DNA of 63,552 nt, the filler included, from Octopus bimaculoides (lineage: Eukaryota): the NCBI RefSeq assembly GCF_001194135.2. It is 8 parts of 8 records of this genome, joined end to end, with 100 filler letters (N's around TTAATTAATTAA, not from the genome) between each part and the next. Parts side by side here need not be neighbours in the genome. Positions count along the whole stretch, not along the records: positions 33,205 to 45,886 come from NC_069004.1; positions 45,987 to 50,294 come from NC_068989.1; positions 50,395 to 59,148 come from NC_068982.1; 5 more parts are not named here. One strand, 5' to 3'. Positions 38,894-51,696 of this stretch are shown piece by piece. Position numbers and translations under genes: made by a program. Position 1 is the stretch's first letter. Every line of letters starts with the position of its first letter. Below the pieces are notes generated by a model. The model saw only the letters and a program-made list of their open reading frames with translations, was not told the origin of the DNA and ran no database searches.

Positions 38894-41229
38894 TTGCTCA
38901 TACATGCACAGGTGTATGGGTGTGCAAATATGAAAATATATAATAGATATTGTGTGTGTGTGTTTATACACATTTATGTATGTATGTATATACATGTGTA
39001 TACAAATAAGTATATTTAAATATATTTACGTGTATTTTAATGCACGATTAGTTGTAATGTTTTGCAGGTTTAGTTTAATTAGCCCAAAAGACCTTAGCTG
39101 TATGCAGAACCTTTTATATATATTTGTATGTGCACATATCTGCATTGAATAAAAGCATACGCTTATATAAACGTGTCTGTGCATTTGTGCATAAACCAGA
39201 TATGCACCTCACTTGGTACTTGTGTGTTTATTCATATAAATATACTCCCCTCTCTCTCTATCTATCTATATATGTATATATATCTCATAATCTCATAATT
39301 CTAGTGACAAAAGTATACTGTCTTTTGAGGATATATATATATATATATATATGTGTGTGTATGTATCGCCTCAAAAGACGGTATACTTTTGTCACTAGAA
39401 TTATGAGATTACTCACTCCTCACCTTACCTCTCAATTACGTACGGATATTTGAAAATTCGGTATTTTCTTTGAATTACTAATACTCACCTTCCGTTTAAA
39501 ATCAGCCTGTCTGTCCGTCTATCCATCTGTCTGTCCGTCTATCCATCTGTCTGTCCGTCTATCCATCTGTCTATTTTTGTACATGCTTCTTAGCTGTGTG
39601 TGTGTCTCTCTTTCTCCCCATATATATACATATATACATACACACTCACACATACACACAAGGAGAAAAAATAACTTATATAAGAATGGAAATATGAAAA
39701 AATGCTATAACAATACACAATAACATTTTCCTCCATTACTTACTTTCATTATTGATCACGTGATGTGTCGTCTGCTACTCCTTCATTTGGTCACGCCGTA
39801 TATTGTTTCATTTTATTGTCACATTTTTCTCATTCTTTCTCTCTCTCTCTGTTAAATACAAACCCCCGCGCGTACACACACACACACACACACACACATC
39901 TATCTGCCGCTTCTTCCCAGCCACTATCAACACCAAACCATGGGTCAACGACTGGCTTTTAAAAAAATTATAACTGGACTATTATGACAACTCTCCTTCG
40001 AGTAGTTTTCCTCCACGATAAATGCCCGAGGTTGTTGAATGAGATATAGAGGAGAATCGAAACCAGTTAACGTTCTTTGTACGTGTGGATGCTGTTGTTA
40101 CGCGACGGCAGACCCAGCTCAGATTTTTTCTTTCCTGTCTAACGTAGCTTCACGGTGTTTGTCAATTGTTTGTTTGGGCTTACGATCGTGAGGTTGTGAG
40201 TTCGATTCCCGGACCGAGCTGCGTGTTGTGTTCTTCAGCAAGACACTTTATGTCTCTCATATTTATAAGTTCGCTTTGCAGATGTTTGGCGATGAGCATC
40301 TTCTTTGTTTCTAAGACATAAGTGCATCTAGGAGCATACTACACCTTTGTGTCTTCCCTGCTGTTGTTTTTAGATCTTGATCTACGTTGAACAAAATGGC
40401 GTATGAGTCTAACTTTATTCAAATATTGCATCGAGGATCACGTCCTCCAATATCCTCTTTCTTTGGTGCTATGGATAGACATAGCTCAGAAGTGGTTCAA
40501 GAGACTTACGATGATGGACGTTCCAGCTTTGACCATCCCATCTTTTCTTGAGACATATGCTGAGAAGTACATTATCTAATACATAACATAGGTCATGATA
40601 GTTTGTATTAGGACACACGATTCAACATGTTCGAATGGGTTAAGAGGTTTGCTTCGCAAATCCAAACGTCTCTGGTTAGTTCCGCTGTGCGATATCTTGG
40701 GTAAATTAGCATTGATCTACCCAGCCTTTGTTATTGAAACTGGGTCAACGGACGCTGTTTCGGATCCACTCCGAGGGACTGTACTGCTAACATGACAGTG
40801 CACCTTTATCACGTCATCATTCTGATGCTTCTGCAGAACTACTTGGAATATTCAGCTACTTGTATACCGAGCCAGTAGCTCAGTCGGACAAGCACTTGAA
40901 CACCCCTCGTCGAAGCCGACGAGGATCCATTTTTTTCACATATTTAATTTTAACGCTTATAGTTGATGTTGTTTGTTTGCTTAACCCCAAGTTGAATCCT
41001 AGTCCTGATCAGAGCAGACCTATTATCAATCAAGAACGTTCCAACTCTGACCACCCCACCGTTCATTCAGGCAATGTCATAGTGTATCTAAGATTACATC
41101 ATCTGACGTACAATTACTTCCTCGTAATGCTTAGACCTAGTTCATTTGTTATGAAAGTGACCTATGTTCTAATGTCCCAACCGTGACCATCCCGTATATT
41201 CGTATACCCAGGACTGGATGTGTCCATTC

Positions 41230-41968
41230 TATTTTATCAAAGTATGGTGCGACTTCAAGGAATTTGGTTGATGGCAGTGGTTAATGACGGTAGTGGTGGT
41301 GGTGGTAGTGTTGAGGTCAACGGGTGTAGTTAGTGTTGGCAGCAGTGGTTGTAGCAATGTTGGTTGTAGTAGTGGTAATGGTGGTGGTAGTGGCAATGGT
41401 TACCTTTGTGGTGTAGTGTTGGTGGTTCCGTTGCTAGTATTGGCTGTAGCAATGTAGATAGTGTTAGTAGTGGTTATTGTAGCTCTGGTTATAGTTTTTG
41501 GTGGTGGCTGTGGTAGTTGTGTTCGTAGTGGTGATGTTACGACTATAGTAGCGGTGATGGTAGTAGCAGTGTTGTCAGTAGTGGTGTTGACACTGTGGTG
41601 GTAGCAGTAGTAGTGTAGGTGGTAGTGGTGGTTATAGTAGTAGTGGTGGTGGTAGTGTTCATTGTGATGGTGGTGGCAGTAGTATTGGCAGTGGTGCTGG
41701 TGGTTATTGGAGATTTAGTGGTAGTGGTGGAACCGGTGATGGTAGCGGTTATTGTAGACAGTGGTGGTGGTGGTGGAGGTGGCATTGGTAGTAGTGCGAG
41801 TGGTAGTGTTGTTGGCTGTGTCGATGTTGACGGTGACGACGGAAAAAGGGGTATTGGCCATGAAGAGAAGCACCATTATTTTGATGATGATAATAGTAAA
41901 GATATATAATATTAATAATAATAATAATAACAATCGTGGTGGTGGTGGTGGTGGTGGTGGTGGTGGTG
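41230..41968. repeat. Cryptic (GTA/GTG)n trinucleotide simple-repeat region
   Basis: Period-3 G/T-rich low complexity, stops in most frames. Confidence 0.8.
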
Positions 41969-42331
41969 NNNNNNNNNNNNNNNNNNNNNNNNNNNNNNNN
42001 NNNNNNNNNNNNNNNNNNNNNNNNNNNNNNNNNNNNNNNNNNNNNNNNNNNNNNNNNNNNNNNNNNNNNNNNNNNNNNNNNNNNNNNNNNNNNNNNNNNN
42101 NNNNNNNNNNNNNNNNNNNNNNNNNNNNNNNNNNNNNNNNNNNNNNNNNNNNNNNNNNNNNNNNNNNNNNNNNNNNNNNNNNNNNNNNNNNNNNNNNNNN
42201 NNNNNNNNNNNNNNNNNNNNNNNATATATATATATATATAATGGGCAGGTAGATAGGTGCGTAGTGATACATCCAGGTAGATAGATACATATACCGGAAA
42301 ACAAAGGTATATACCTGTATTTATGTGTGTG

Positions 42332-42367
<36 letters not shown>

Positions 42368-42497
42368 GCATACGCGTATACAGATAGTTTTATTACATAC
42401 AGAGTTAACTTTACACATACACACACACATCAGATATACAAGCAAAAATGTGTATGAACGTATGTGTATACATGTATGTATCAATAGGTAGGTGGAT

Positions 42498-42531
<34 letters not shown>

Positions 42532-42968
42532 ATATACATCTTTATATAATTACAATCCTGTATTCACCTTTCTCTCTCTTTCTCTTGCTATCTATAAATA
42601 TTATATAATATGCATTTATGTAGCATATATTTGCATATATGTATATGTGTGTGTGTAGGTAAATATGTATATTTATATTGCATTTATATTGTTCGTGTGT
42701 GTGTGTGTGTGTGCACTGAACGGGAGAGGGTAAGTTGAGGGTGTGATATCGGACCTTTCTGATTCGAGACAGAGGGGGGACAGCAGACGCGCAACATCCA
42801 CTGCCACCCTCTCTTTCCAATAACACTCTCTCCCACCGTCCCTCCCTGCAGCCGGCCAACCAGCCAACCAGGCAGCCAGTCAAGCAATACATCCGTCTAA
42901 CCATCCATGCATCCATCTATACGCAACATCGTTATACACTAGACATGAGTGCAGAAGGTGGTAGCCAT

Positions 42969-42979
42969 TGCGCATGCGC
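42969..42979. promoter_or_regulatory. NRF1/EWG-type motif TGCGCATGCGC
   Basis: Exact consensus in a GC-rich unique stretch; function untested. Confidence 0.3.
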
Positions 42980-44656
42980 TTCATTTTCCTCCAACCTTCT
43001 TAACGTGCTCTCTTTCTCTCTCTCTCTCTCTCTCTATGTATATATATCTCCCTCCTTCTCTGTAACTCTTAGTCTTTCCTCCCCCTCTTATTATCTCTCT
43101 ATCTGCCTGTCTGTCTGTCTGTCACTTCGGTTTATTTTCATTCGCCTAACTTTGTCTCGTATTCTTTCTTCAAAATGGTGATGCTACAGCGAAAGAATAA
43201 CAAACGAAAAACCGTATGTATTTATTATATCTGAACTCGTTTTTTCCTCTCGTTTCTTTCATCTTAAAAGCTCATCAAATTTTTATCTCTTCTCCAAACA
43301 TAATTCATATCAGCCAAGATGTCTATCTGTCTGTCTGTCTGAATAGCTATCTGTCTGTCTAACTCTCTCATTCTTTCCCACTCTCTTTCTTCCCGAGATG
43401 TCTCTATCGATTTGACTGTCTTATCTTTTATCCCGTTCTAAACATTCATGTACGCATAAACATAAAAACGTATGTTTTAGAAGATGTTCTCATATATCTA
43501 TATATGTATGTACACGCACACTTACACATACGTATTTATTCAGGTAATCTTAACGGATTTCTACATGAAGAATGACCTCACGGTACAAAACGGGAAGGGA
43601 CCACATAACACCGACTTGCTGCAGTTCACCAATAGGATCATTAGTTAAACACAAATGACTACTAATGTTAATTAATTAAATCTGGTTTAATTATCTCTTT
43701 TGCTATACTTTACAAAAATAAAAACAACATACCTTGGAATTTTTGCGAGGCATTTGAAGACTCTACACGTGTTATGTAAATGTTTCTTTGTGAACCAACG
43801 AAGGCTTCTGTGATTAGAGAGACTAATTCATGATATTGGAACTAAATTAACACTTCATGTTTTATAAACGTCGAAGCGCACCGTTCCAAGCGTGGCGCTT
43901 TTACACTGTCCATTCGGTTTGGTATCTGGAGATCGATGTTTATATAAGTCTTCGACAAACTGTCTATCTATATACGTATATACATATATATATACATATG
44001 TATATACGTGAATACCCTGTATATATACATATATCTGCTTACATATTTGCCTACATATAGTGACCTGTACGTATGTAAATACACATGTATATGTATATAA
44101 AATGCATGTGTGTGCGCATCTCCATACGAAATATCTTCCTAAATTAGACTCAACACACGTCTTATAAACCTTTATAATCTATCTATCTAGTTAGCTATCT
44201 CTCTGTCTGTTCTCACACAGGTATGTTGTGTGTATATATATATATATGTATATATAAGTACGCACCAATACGTGTGTGTGTGTGTTTGTTTACCGCGCGT
44301 TTCTATGTATGACTGAGTACTCATACACACACAAACACAAACACACGCCATACGTACGTATACACTTATGCTCCCATGTTCACACCTATATTGACACCTG
44401 CATTACATTTAAAGTTACACATATAATTCACACACACATACATGTGTACGGAAGCACAAGGCATGTCTGTATACAAATGGAAGCATTGTGGTTCCCGAGG
44501 ACCGAATCCAAGTATACATATAGGGGACCAACGGAGCATAGATTTATACACGAGTGCGACGGTGAGATTAGGAATATGGACACGAAGACATCTACTTAAC
44601 CACATATGTGCCTACATTCCTACACGCTCCTACACATCTATCTATCTATCTATCTG

Positions 44657-44688
<32 letters not shown>

Positions 44689-45579
44689 CACATTCAAACA
44701 CATAGATATATACGTGCATACATGCACGGACATATGCACACATAGAAGTGTATGCACACACACACACACACATACATGCATACATGTAAAATACAATCAG
44801 GAAAATACGTATGTAATATACATACATTCATACATACTCGTATATTCACGCATGCATGTATATACACATGCATATATATACATACATACATATACAGATG
44901 TATGCATGTGTATACTGATATACGTATGCTGATATGCACGCTCATATACTCACGCATACAAGTGTATGCACATACACACATGTATACGTATAGACTTTCC
45001 GTATTCCCGAGCGTCATACTAATATATACTTTTGTTATTTACACCACCTGTCCTCGTCTGTTGTTATTATTTGTATATTCTCCCATATATATATATATAT
45101 ATTCTTACAATCATGTATGTACATATGTAATATACATACTCACAATTATGGACATGCGTAGGTAATATACATACATACGTTCACACGTACTGGTATATAT
45201 TCTAACATACACATGCTCATATATACATGCATGCATAAATGCAGAATCACACATGCGTACATATACATATATACGTATACACACACACACACATTCACGT
45301 ACGTATCTATACATTCGGAGATATATATCCATATATATACGTATATAGATAGAGAGATGTATTCGTAGAGAGGCCAGAACGCTGTGCTGTCAGGCCATTC
45401 ACAGATGGCACTCGCATTTGGTTTGTCTAAGGCATGTGTGCAATAACATGGAGTGGCACACACACACTTTCGTTTCTTCATTGTGTCTCTCTTTCATTTA
45501 CTCTCTCTCTGTTCCCTGTTTTATTTTCGTCTCTCTCCCTTTTTCACCTTCTGTTCCTCTTCTTCTCCCCTCCTCACCC

Positions 45580-45618
<39 letters not shown>

Positions 45619-45986
45619 GGTTTTCTTCATCCGTCTTTCCCCGTCTCCCCTTTTCTCTTTTTTCGTCTTTCCAATTATTTTCCCATTTCTTATAGAATCT
45701 CTCTCTCTCTCTCTCTCTTTCTCTTTCTGTATTCGGTTTTGTTTGTCCTCCACCTTCTTCTTCTTCTTCTTCTCTCTCCCCCCTCTCTCTCTCGTCTCCT
45801 TTGCTTCATTACCTGTTCCTTCTCCTCCTCCTCCTGTTCCTCACACTCTCTGTCTCTTTCTCTCTTGAACACCTCTCCTTTCGCGCNNNNNNNNNNNNNN
45901 NNNNNNNNNNNNNNNNNNNNNNNNNNNNNNTTAATTAATTAANNNNNNNNNNNNNNNNNNNNNNNNNNNNNNNNNNNNNNNNNNNN

Positions 45987-46293
45987 ATCCTTGGCTAGGT
46001 ATTTCTCCTGCAGCTGTCTTACTAGAAATATGGCATCAGTAGTGCTTTTACCTGGTACGAACCCAAACTGCATCTCATCTAAATTGATTCGCTCCCTAAT
46101 TAGTTGGGCTATGACCCTCTCCGTAACTTTCATAACCTGATCTAACAGCTTGATGCCTCTGTAATTATTTGTATCTAAAGCGTCACCTTTACTTTTGTAG
46201 CAGTTGACTATGGTGCTGCTACACCAGTCATTGGGTATGACTCCTTCGTGTAACACCTGGTCCGTAATACGGGTGACTAGGCTGTAGCCAACA
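45987..46293 (-). mobile_element. RTE-clade LINE reverse transcriptase fragment, 5'-truncated, running into a gap
   Basis: Translates to VIPNDWCSSTIVNCYKSKGDALDTNNYRGIKLLDQVMKVTERV...QFGFVPGKSTTDAIFLVRQLQEKY, typical non-LTR RT N-terminal motifs. Confidence 0.9.
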
Positions 46294-46746
46294 CTGCCAG
46301 ATATTTTGAGGTATGTATATATAATGTTTAAATTGCCCTTGCATATATGTATATATGCACTCATTGCTGGTATGCATATAAATGTGTGGGCATGTGTGTG
46401 TCTGATAGTCAAGTTTTAATAGACAGAAAGTCACTATCTGGCAATGTTACAATGGGATGTATACTTCAGAGCATGGTGCAATATATAGATCACTCTAGTC
46501 ATCCCACTGCATCTCTGGTATATCTGCAATCATCTCAGTTTGCTTTGTCATTGATCTACTAATCAGGGACAAGAGTGTAAAGACAATCATCCAGTTCAGC
46601 TCTTCTTCATGGTAATTCAAGTACAGTACTTCTGTAGTATTTTCATCACAAAGGTGTAGTATAGGTGGAAGCCATCTTGAATCACTGTTCATGATCATGA
46701 TTGCATACTCCTCCATTGTTGCAGTATATAAGAAGTGGAGTCTTGG

Positions 46747-46813
46747 TCATCTTTGAAAATGAAGGATGGAAAACTTCACAACTGAAATTGCATATCTTTT
46801 GAATAAAACATAT
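46747..46813 (-). CDS. Unidentified gene probable terminal exon: YVLFKRYAISVVKFSILHFQR-TGA; frame stays open to TAG at 46495
   Basis: tttctctccatttag acceptor in the phase left by the previous exon; alternative in-phase AG acceptors open at 46750 and 46741. Confidence 0.5.
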
Positions 46814-47183
46814 CTAAATGGAGAGAAATTCTGGGAGAGCCATTGAAGCAAACAGAGATGGGAAGCATAGGGATAGGTATAAAGAGGAAAGACAAGAAGG
46901 GGTATTGATTTGGTAGAGGGAGAGAGGCAAGAAGACAGTGTTGGAGAGTACCACAGAGGTAGAAAGAACAAGAAGAGAAGTGTGAATGCCACAAAAGCAT
47001 TGCAGGTGAGAAAGCAGAGGGGAAGATGGACAGGAAAGTACTAGAAAGAAACAGTGGGTGGGTGCTGCAAGGAAAAGAAAAACTAGAGGGCATCCTAGAG
47101 GTATGAGGGTAGGTAGTGAAATAAGGGCAAGAGAATGCGTTGATGCTATACTAGAACAAAAACACAAATGGTAAAATACATAC

Positions 47184-47410
47184 CGATCAATAACAGGTAG
47201 GAGTACTCTCCCTAATGCTTCAGGAAAGTACAAAGACATATTTAACAATACTGTACAGATTGACTTGAAGAGCTGTTTAACAGCCAGTTCATTTTCTAAT
47301 ACTGGTGTAGAAGACCTGTCTTCTACTTTCAACACACAACCAACATCAGCTTGTGCTAGACTTTGGGTCAAGAATAAAATCGGTAAAGTGAAGTTCTTCA
47401 TGACGAGAGC
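47184..47410 (-). CDS. Unidentified gene exon: ALVMKNFTLPILFLTQSLAQADVGCVLKVEDRSSTPVLENELAVKQLFKSICTVLLNMSLYFPEALGRVLLPVID(R)
   Basis: ttttttttacattttcacag acceptor, gtatgt donor; 227 nt, only frame 0 open, AT-rich third codon positions. Confidence 0.78.
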
Positions 47411-47507
47411 CTGTGAAAATGTAAAAAAAAATGATCGGTTATTCTGCACATTTACGGCCTTTAAAGATGGTAGAATTTAAAAAAGGAAACAAGAGTTTTG
47501 AAATTAC

Positions 47508-47598
47508 CTGAATAACAAGAGACCATACTGGGTATGGCTGGCATACAAGGAGTTTGGTATGAATGTACAAAGCTACAGTTGTCTGAAGATCACCATAG
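47508..47598 (-). CDS. Unidentified gene exon: (N)YGDLQTTVALYIHTKLLVCQPYPVWSLVIQ
   Basis: tttttttccttccttag acceptor, cag/gtaatt donor; 91 nt, one open frame, phase 2/0. Confidence 0.75.
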
Positions 47599-48784
47599 CT
47601 AAGGAAGGAAAAAAATATTAATTGATGAATAAAACCAGAGATCTGAACAAATAAAAAGTGTTCTACATTTGCAAAAATTATTTAATGGCCATAAATTTGT
47701 AAGCCTTGGAGGGAAGAAGATGTTAATGCTTCAAGCAAAGTACTTTGTTGGTGAGACAGAAAAGGGATTCACACTTATCAACTTAATTTACTTGTTATAT
47801 CAAATTTTAAATAAGTTCTACAGTACAGATTTACATAAATAATTATCCAGCGAGATGGAATATTTCACAGGAAGACTAAGGCATAACATTATACAGATAT
47901 ACATTATATAGATATAGGTGTAGATGTGACAAGAAGTTTGCTTCCTAACCACATTGTTCCAGGTTCAATCTCACTGCACAGCACCTTGGGCAAGTGTCTT
48001 CTACTAGAGCCTCGAGCTGATCACAGCTTTGTGAGTGGATTTCATAAATGGAAACTGAAAGAAGCCTGTCGCATATATATCTATATGAATGTATTTGTGT
48101 CTGTCCCGCATCAACACTTGACAACTTAGTTGTTTGGCAAAAGAAACCAATAGAATAAGTACTAGGCTTTAGGAAAAATAGGTCCTAGGGTCCATTAGTT
48201 TGACTAAAACCCTTCTAGGTGGTGCATCAGCATGGCTGCAGTCAAATGACAGAAACAAGTAAAAGATAAAAGATATACATCACCTCATCATCATCTGCCT
48301 ATACCACACATTATTTTGAGTTTTGAAAGGATGACAGGCAAAGTTGACCATGACAAGATTTTAACTCAGAACATAAAGAATTGGAAGAAATATCAAGGAG
48401 CAATTTTCCAATGCCTTAATGATTCCACCAATCTCCTACCCTAGTAATATCAATAATAATCAATACAGTAGGGACGATGACACACTTTGTGAAGTTTCAA
48501 TTGTAAGTCCACTTTTACAACATAGCACTGAAAAGTGTGTGTCAGCGTGAGAGTTGGGGGAGGGAACAGTGAAGTACAAGATCAGCTTTGTACTTTCTTA
48601 TATAATTTATGAGTGACAAGGAGGGGAGAAACATATAGGAGAGGAGAGACAGAGAGTGAAAGAGACAGAGAGTGAAAGAGACAGAGAGAGAAAGACAGAG
48701 AGAGAAAGACAGAGAGAGAAACGAGATAGAGATGGTGAGAGACAGAGAGAGGGACAGGGGATAACAGATTAGATCTATCACGTC

Positions 48785-49002
48785 TTAACCCTTTAGCATA
48801 TCAACCAGTCATATCCAAACCAAATATTCTACTTGTTTTACGTTCAAACTGGCCATATCCAGCCCTTCACACCTACCCTACAATGTTATTCTATAAAATA
48901 AATGATCATATCTTTGAAATCTCAAAGCTACAAGATAATGCATGATTAGTTCAAAGCAGTGTGAATACATTTGATACAGTAATCTGAATGCCAAAGGCTT
49001 AA
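48785..49002. mobile_element. piggyBac-like MITE with TTAA at both ends
   Basis: TTAA-ccctttagca ... tgccaaaggc-TTAA; imperfect TIRs. Confidence 0.7.
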
Positions 49003-49047
49003 AAATCAATTAGCGGAGTAGAATATTTAAAAAGAAATCAAACTTAC

Positions 49048-49185
49048 TTTTTCTGTCCCTGATGTAATAACTTGGGATGTATCCATGACAACCAATGCGA
49101 ATTGTAGCTATGATTGTCATCGATCAGAAGAACGGAGCGACTGAAGGAATTGTGTTTTTGGATCTGGTGTATCTTTCTACAGGCT
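49048..49185 (-). CDS. Unidentified gene exon: ACRKIHQIQKHNSFSRSVLLIDDNHSYNSHWLSWIHPKLLHQGQK
   Basis: atcacag acceptor, gtaagt donor; 138 nt, only one open frame, phase 2/2. Confidence 0.7.
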
Positions 49186-49306
49186 CTGTGATAGACATAT
49201 TACAAATCATAGAATTATAATGGTTGCTTTGTATATTATATATATACATATTATATATATTATGTATATATATATATCATCAGCATCAGAACATATTGTA
49301 AAGCTG

Positions 49307-49348
<42 letters not shown>

Positions 49349-51295
49349 GCATCTATAGAAATCCACACTTTACAAGATAGCAATCTGGGAGTTGCACCAA
49401 TGGATTCCTCATGGTCGAAAATGCCCAGAATCGGCCATTTGTTTTTTTTTTTGAGGTGGGGGCTTCCTAAGACGTGAATTTTTGCATTAAAAATAAACAG
49501 AGTTTCTACAGCTGGATGCCCTTCCTAACGCCAACCACTCCGAGAGTGTAATGGGTGCTTTTACGTGCCACCGGCATGAGGGCCTGTCACAAGGTACTAG
49601 CAACGGCCTCGCTCAAAAGGTGTTTTTTTACATGCCACCTGCACGGGTGCCAGTCCAGCAGCATTGGCAACGACCTCGCTTGAATGATTTTCTAATGTGC
49701 CACCAGCACAAGTGCTAGAAGGTGATGCTGGTACCAATTAAGCTCAAATGGTGTCATTTACGGGCCACCAGCATGGAAGCCAGACAGCCGCTCTGGCAAT
49801 GAACACGCTTGGACAGTGCCGTCAGTGTTCCAGTGGTGCAGGCGCCAACCATCGAATATGGTTCAATTTTGATTTCAATTTCACTTGCCCCAACGCTCTT
49901 CACAAGCAGAGTTTAGTGTCCAATGAAGGGGAGGTTGGCATGGGTGCCAGTCGTCGGATTCGGTTCGATTTCGATTCCAGATTATATTTATATATATATA
50001 TATTTATGTAATTTTTCATAGAAAACTATGTAATCGTTACCAATATAGCAGGAGATTTCACCGCAAAAAAGTCTAAATTAGATTCCTTAGCGATCGTTCT
50101 CCTTGTTTATATATCCAAAGTTTAAAATTTTTAAATTTAAGAGAGAGATTTGACGGTAATATCCATTATTAATGTAATTTATTCCTATTCATTAATAATG
50201 GATATTAGCGTCAAATCTCTCTCTTAAATTAAAAAATTTTAAATTTTATATATATTTATTTATATATATATATATTTATGTAATTTTTCATAGANNNNNN
50301 NNNNNNNNNNNNNNNNNNNNNNNNNNNNNNNNNNNNNNTTAATTAATTAANNNNNNNNNNNNNNNNNNNNNNNNNNNNNNNNNNNNNNNNNNNNGAATAT
50401 ATATATATATACATGAATATATATATATATACATGAATATATATATATATACATGAATATATATATATATATATATATATATCATCATCGTTTAACGTCC
50501 GCTTTCCATGCTAGCATGGGCTGGACGATTTGACTAAGGTCTGGCAAGCCAGTGGGCTGCACAGTTCACTTACCTATTATCGTCTTGTGACACACCGGTG
50601 TGCCGTGGCATACCGGTTGCGGAGCGCTGGCATAGAGGGCCAGTTGTCCATGCAGTGTGTCCTCTCCCACTCCATGTGACTGTTGGATCCAAAGGAACCA
50701 TAGCCGTTACAAGCTGGCATATTGTTGCAGGAGTTGCAGACAACATTGAACTGCCTTAGAGGATCAAGCCAATGATTATTTTTCATGGTTTAATTCCAAA
50801 GTCCTTCTCATACCTGGATATAAACGCAGGGTAGTGGATGTTTGCAATCGGGATTTTCTTCCCTATATACATATATATCTACATACATATCAACATACGC
50901 AAACATATACTTATGCATACATAAAATACATACACACAAATATAGACATACATACATTACATAGATATATTATATACACACATACATATAAATATATATA
51001 TACACACACACATATAAATATATATACAGACACACACATATATATAGACAAACACAGTTATTCAACTCTCTCTTTCGCATTCATATATTAACAGTTTAGA
51101 TTTTAATTATAAAAGAAATATGAAACCATTATTCTATGCTAATTTAGTTAATTTTGTCAAGCTCCCTTTTGAGTTTGTAAGATAGAAATTTAAATGAAAT
51201 AAAATGTTTTAAAAGAATTTAATGTGCCTACGTGATAACTGTAAACCTACTTTTGGGCCACTCTGTATATACACATAAACACGCATACATATGTG

Positions 51296-51327
<32 letters not shown>

Positions 51328-51335
51328 TAGATACA

Positions 51336-51381
<46 letters not shown>

Positions 51382-51527
51382 GATACAACATGCATATATA
51401 TACACATATATATATGCATACACACGCCGAAACCATACACTTATATACGTGTATGTATATATATATATACATACACACACATACATACTAATGATATAAA
51501 TTCATACGAATACACACATTACATGCA

Positions 51528-51570
<43 letters not shown>

Positions 51571-51642
51571 CCCTACTAAACTAGATTTACACTGAGGATC
51601 TAGAGTTTCGTGCCAATGTACAAATGTGTGTGTGAGTGTGTA

Positions 51643-51696
<54 letters not shown>

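Noticed and set aside
41543-41909. Thr-rich or Val-rich ORFs, and the many YI/CV/LS-repeat or N-spanning ORFs in the track
   Set aside because: Translations of microsatellites or gaps; no splice context or non-repetitive domain.
46395-46445. SECIS-like UGAC...AAAA...UGAC downstream of the in-frame TGA
   Set aside because: Only 18 nt between the quartets and no 11-12 bp helix II, so selenocysteine is not supported.
46814-47183. Intron open in frame (211-aa ORF in track)
   Set aside because: A pyrimidine-rich strand is naturally stop-poor and yields L/S/F/P-rich text; no independent sign of retention.
47175-47480. ~100-codon + strand open frame
   Set aside because: Antisense shadow of the minus-strand exon, which has the splice signals.
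47184-47598. Faint resemblance of the hidden protein to the MEI1 or CENP-K C-terminus
   Set aside because: Only scattered hydrophobic matches from memory; not assignable without a profile search.
48460-48580. Extra exon candidate LCCKSGLTIETSQSVSSSL for the hidden gene
   Set aside because: The best acceptor gives the wrong phase; flanking exons already join in frame without it.
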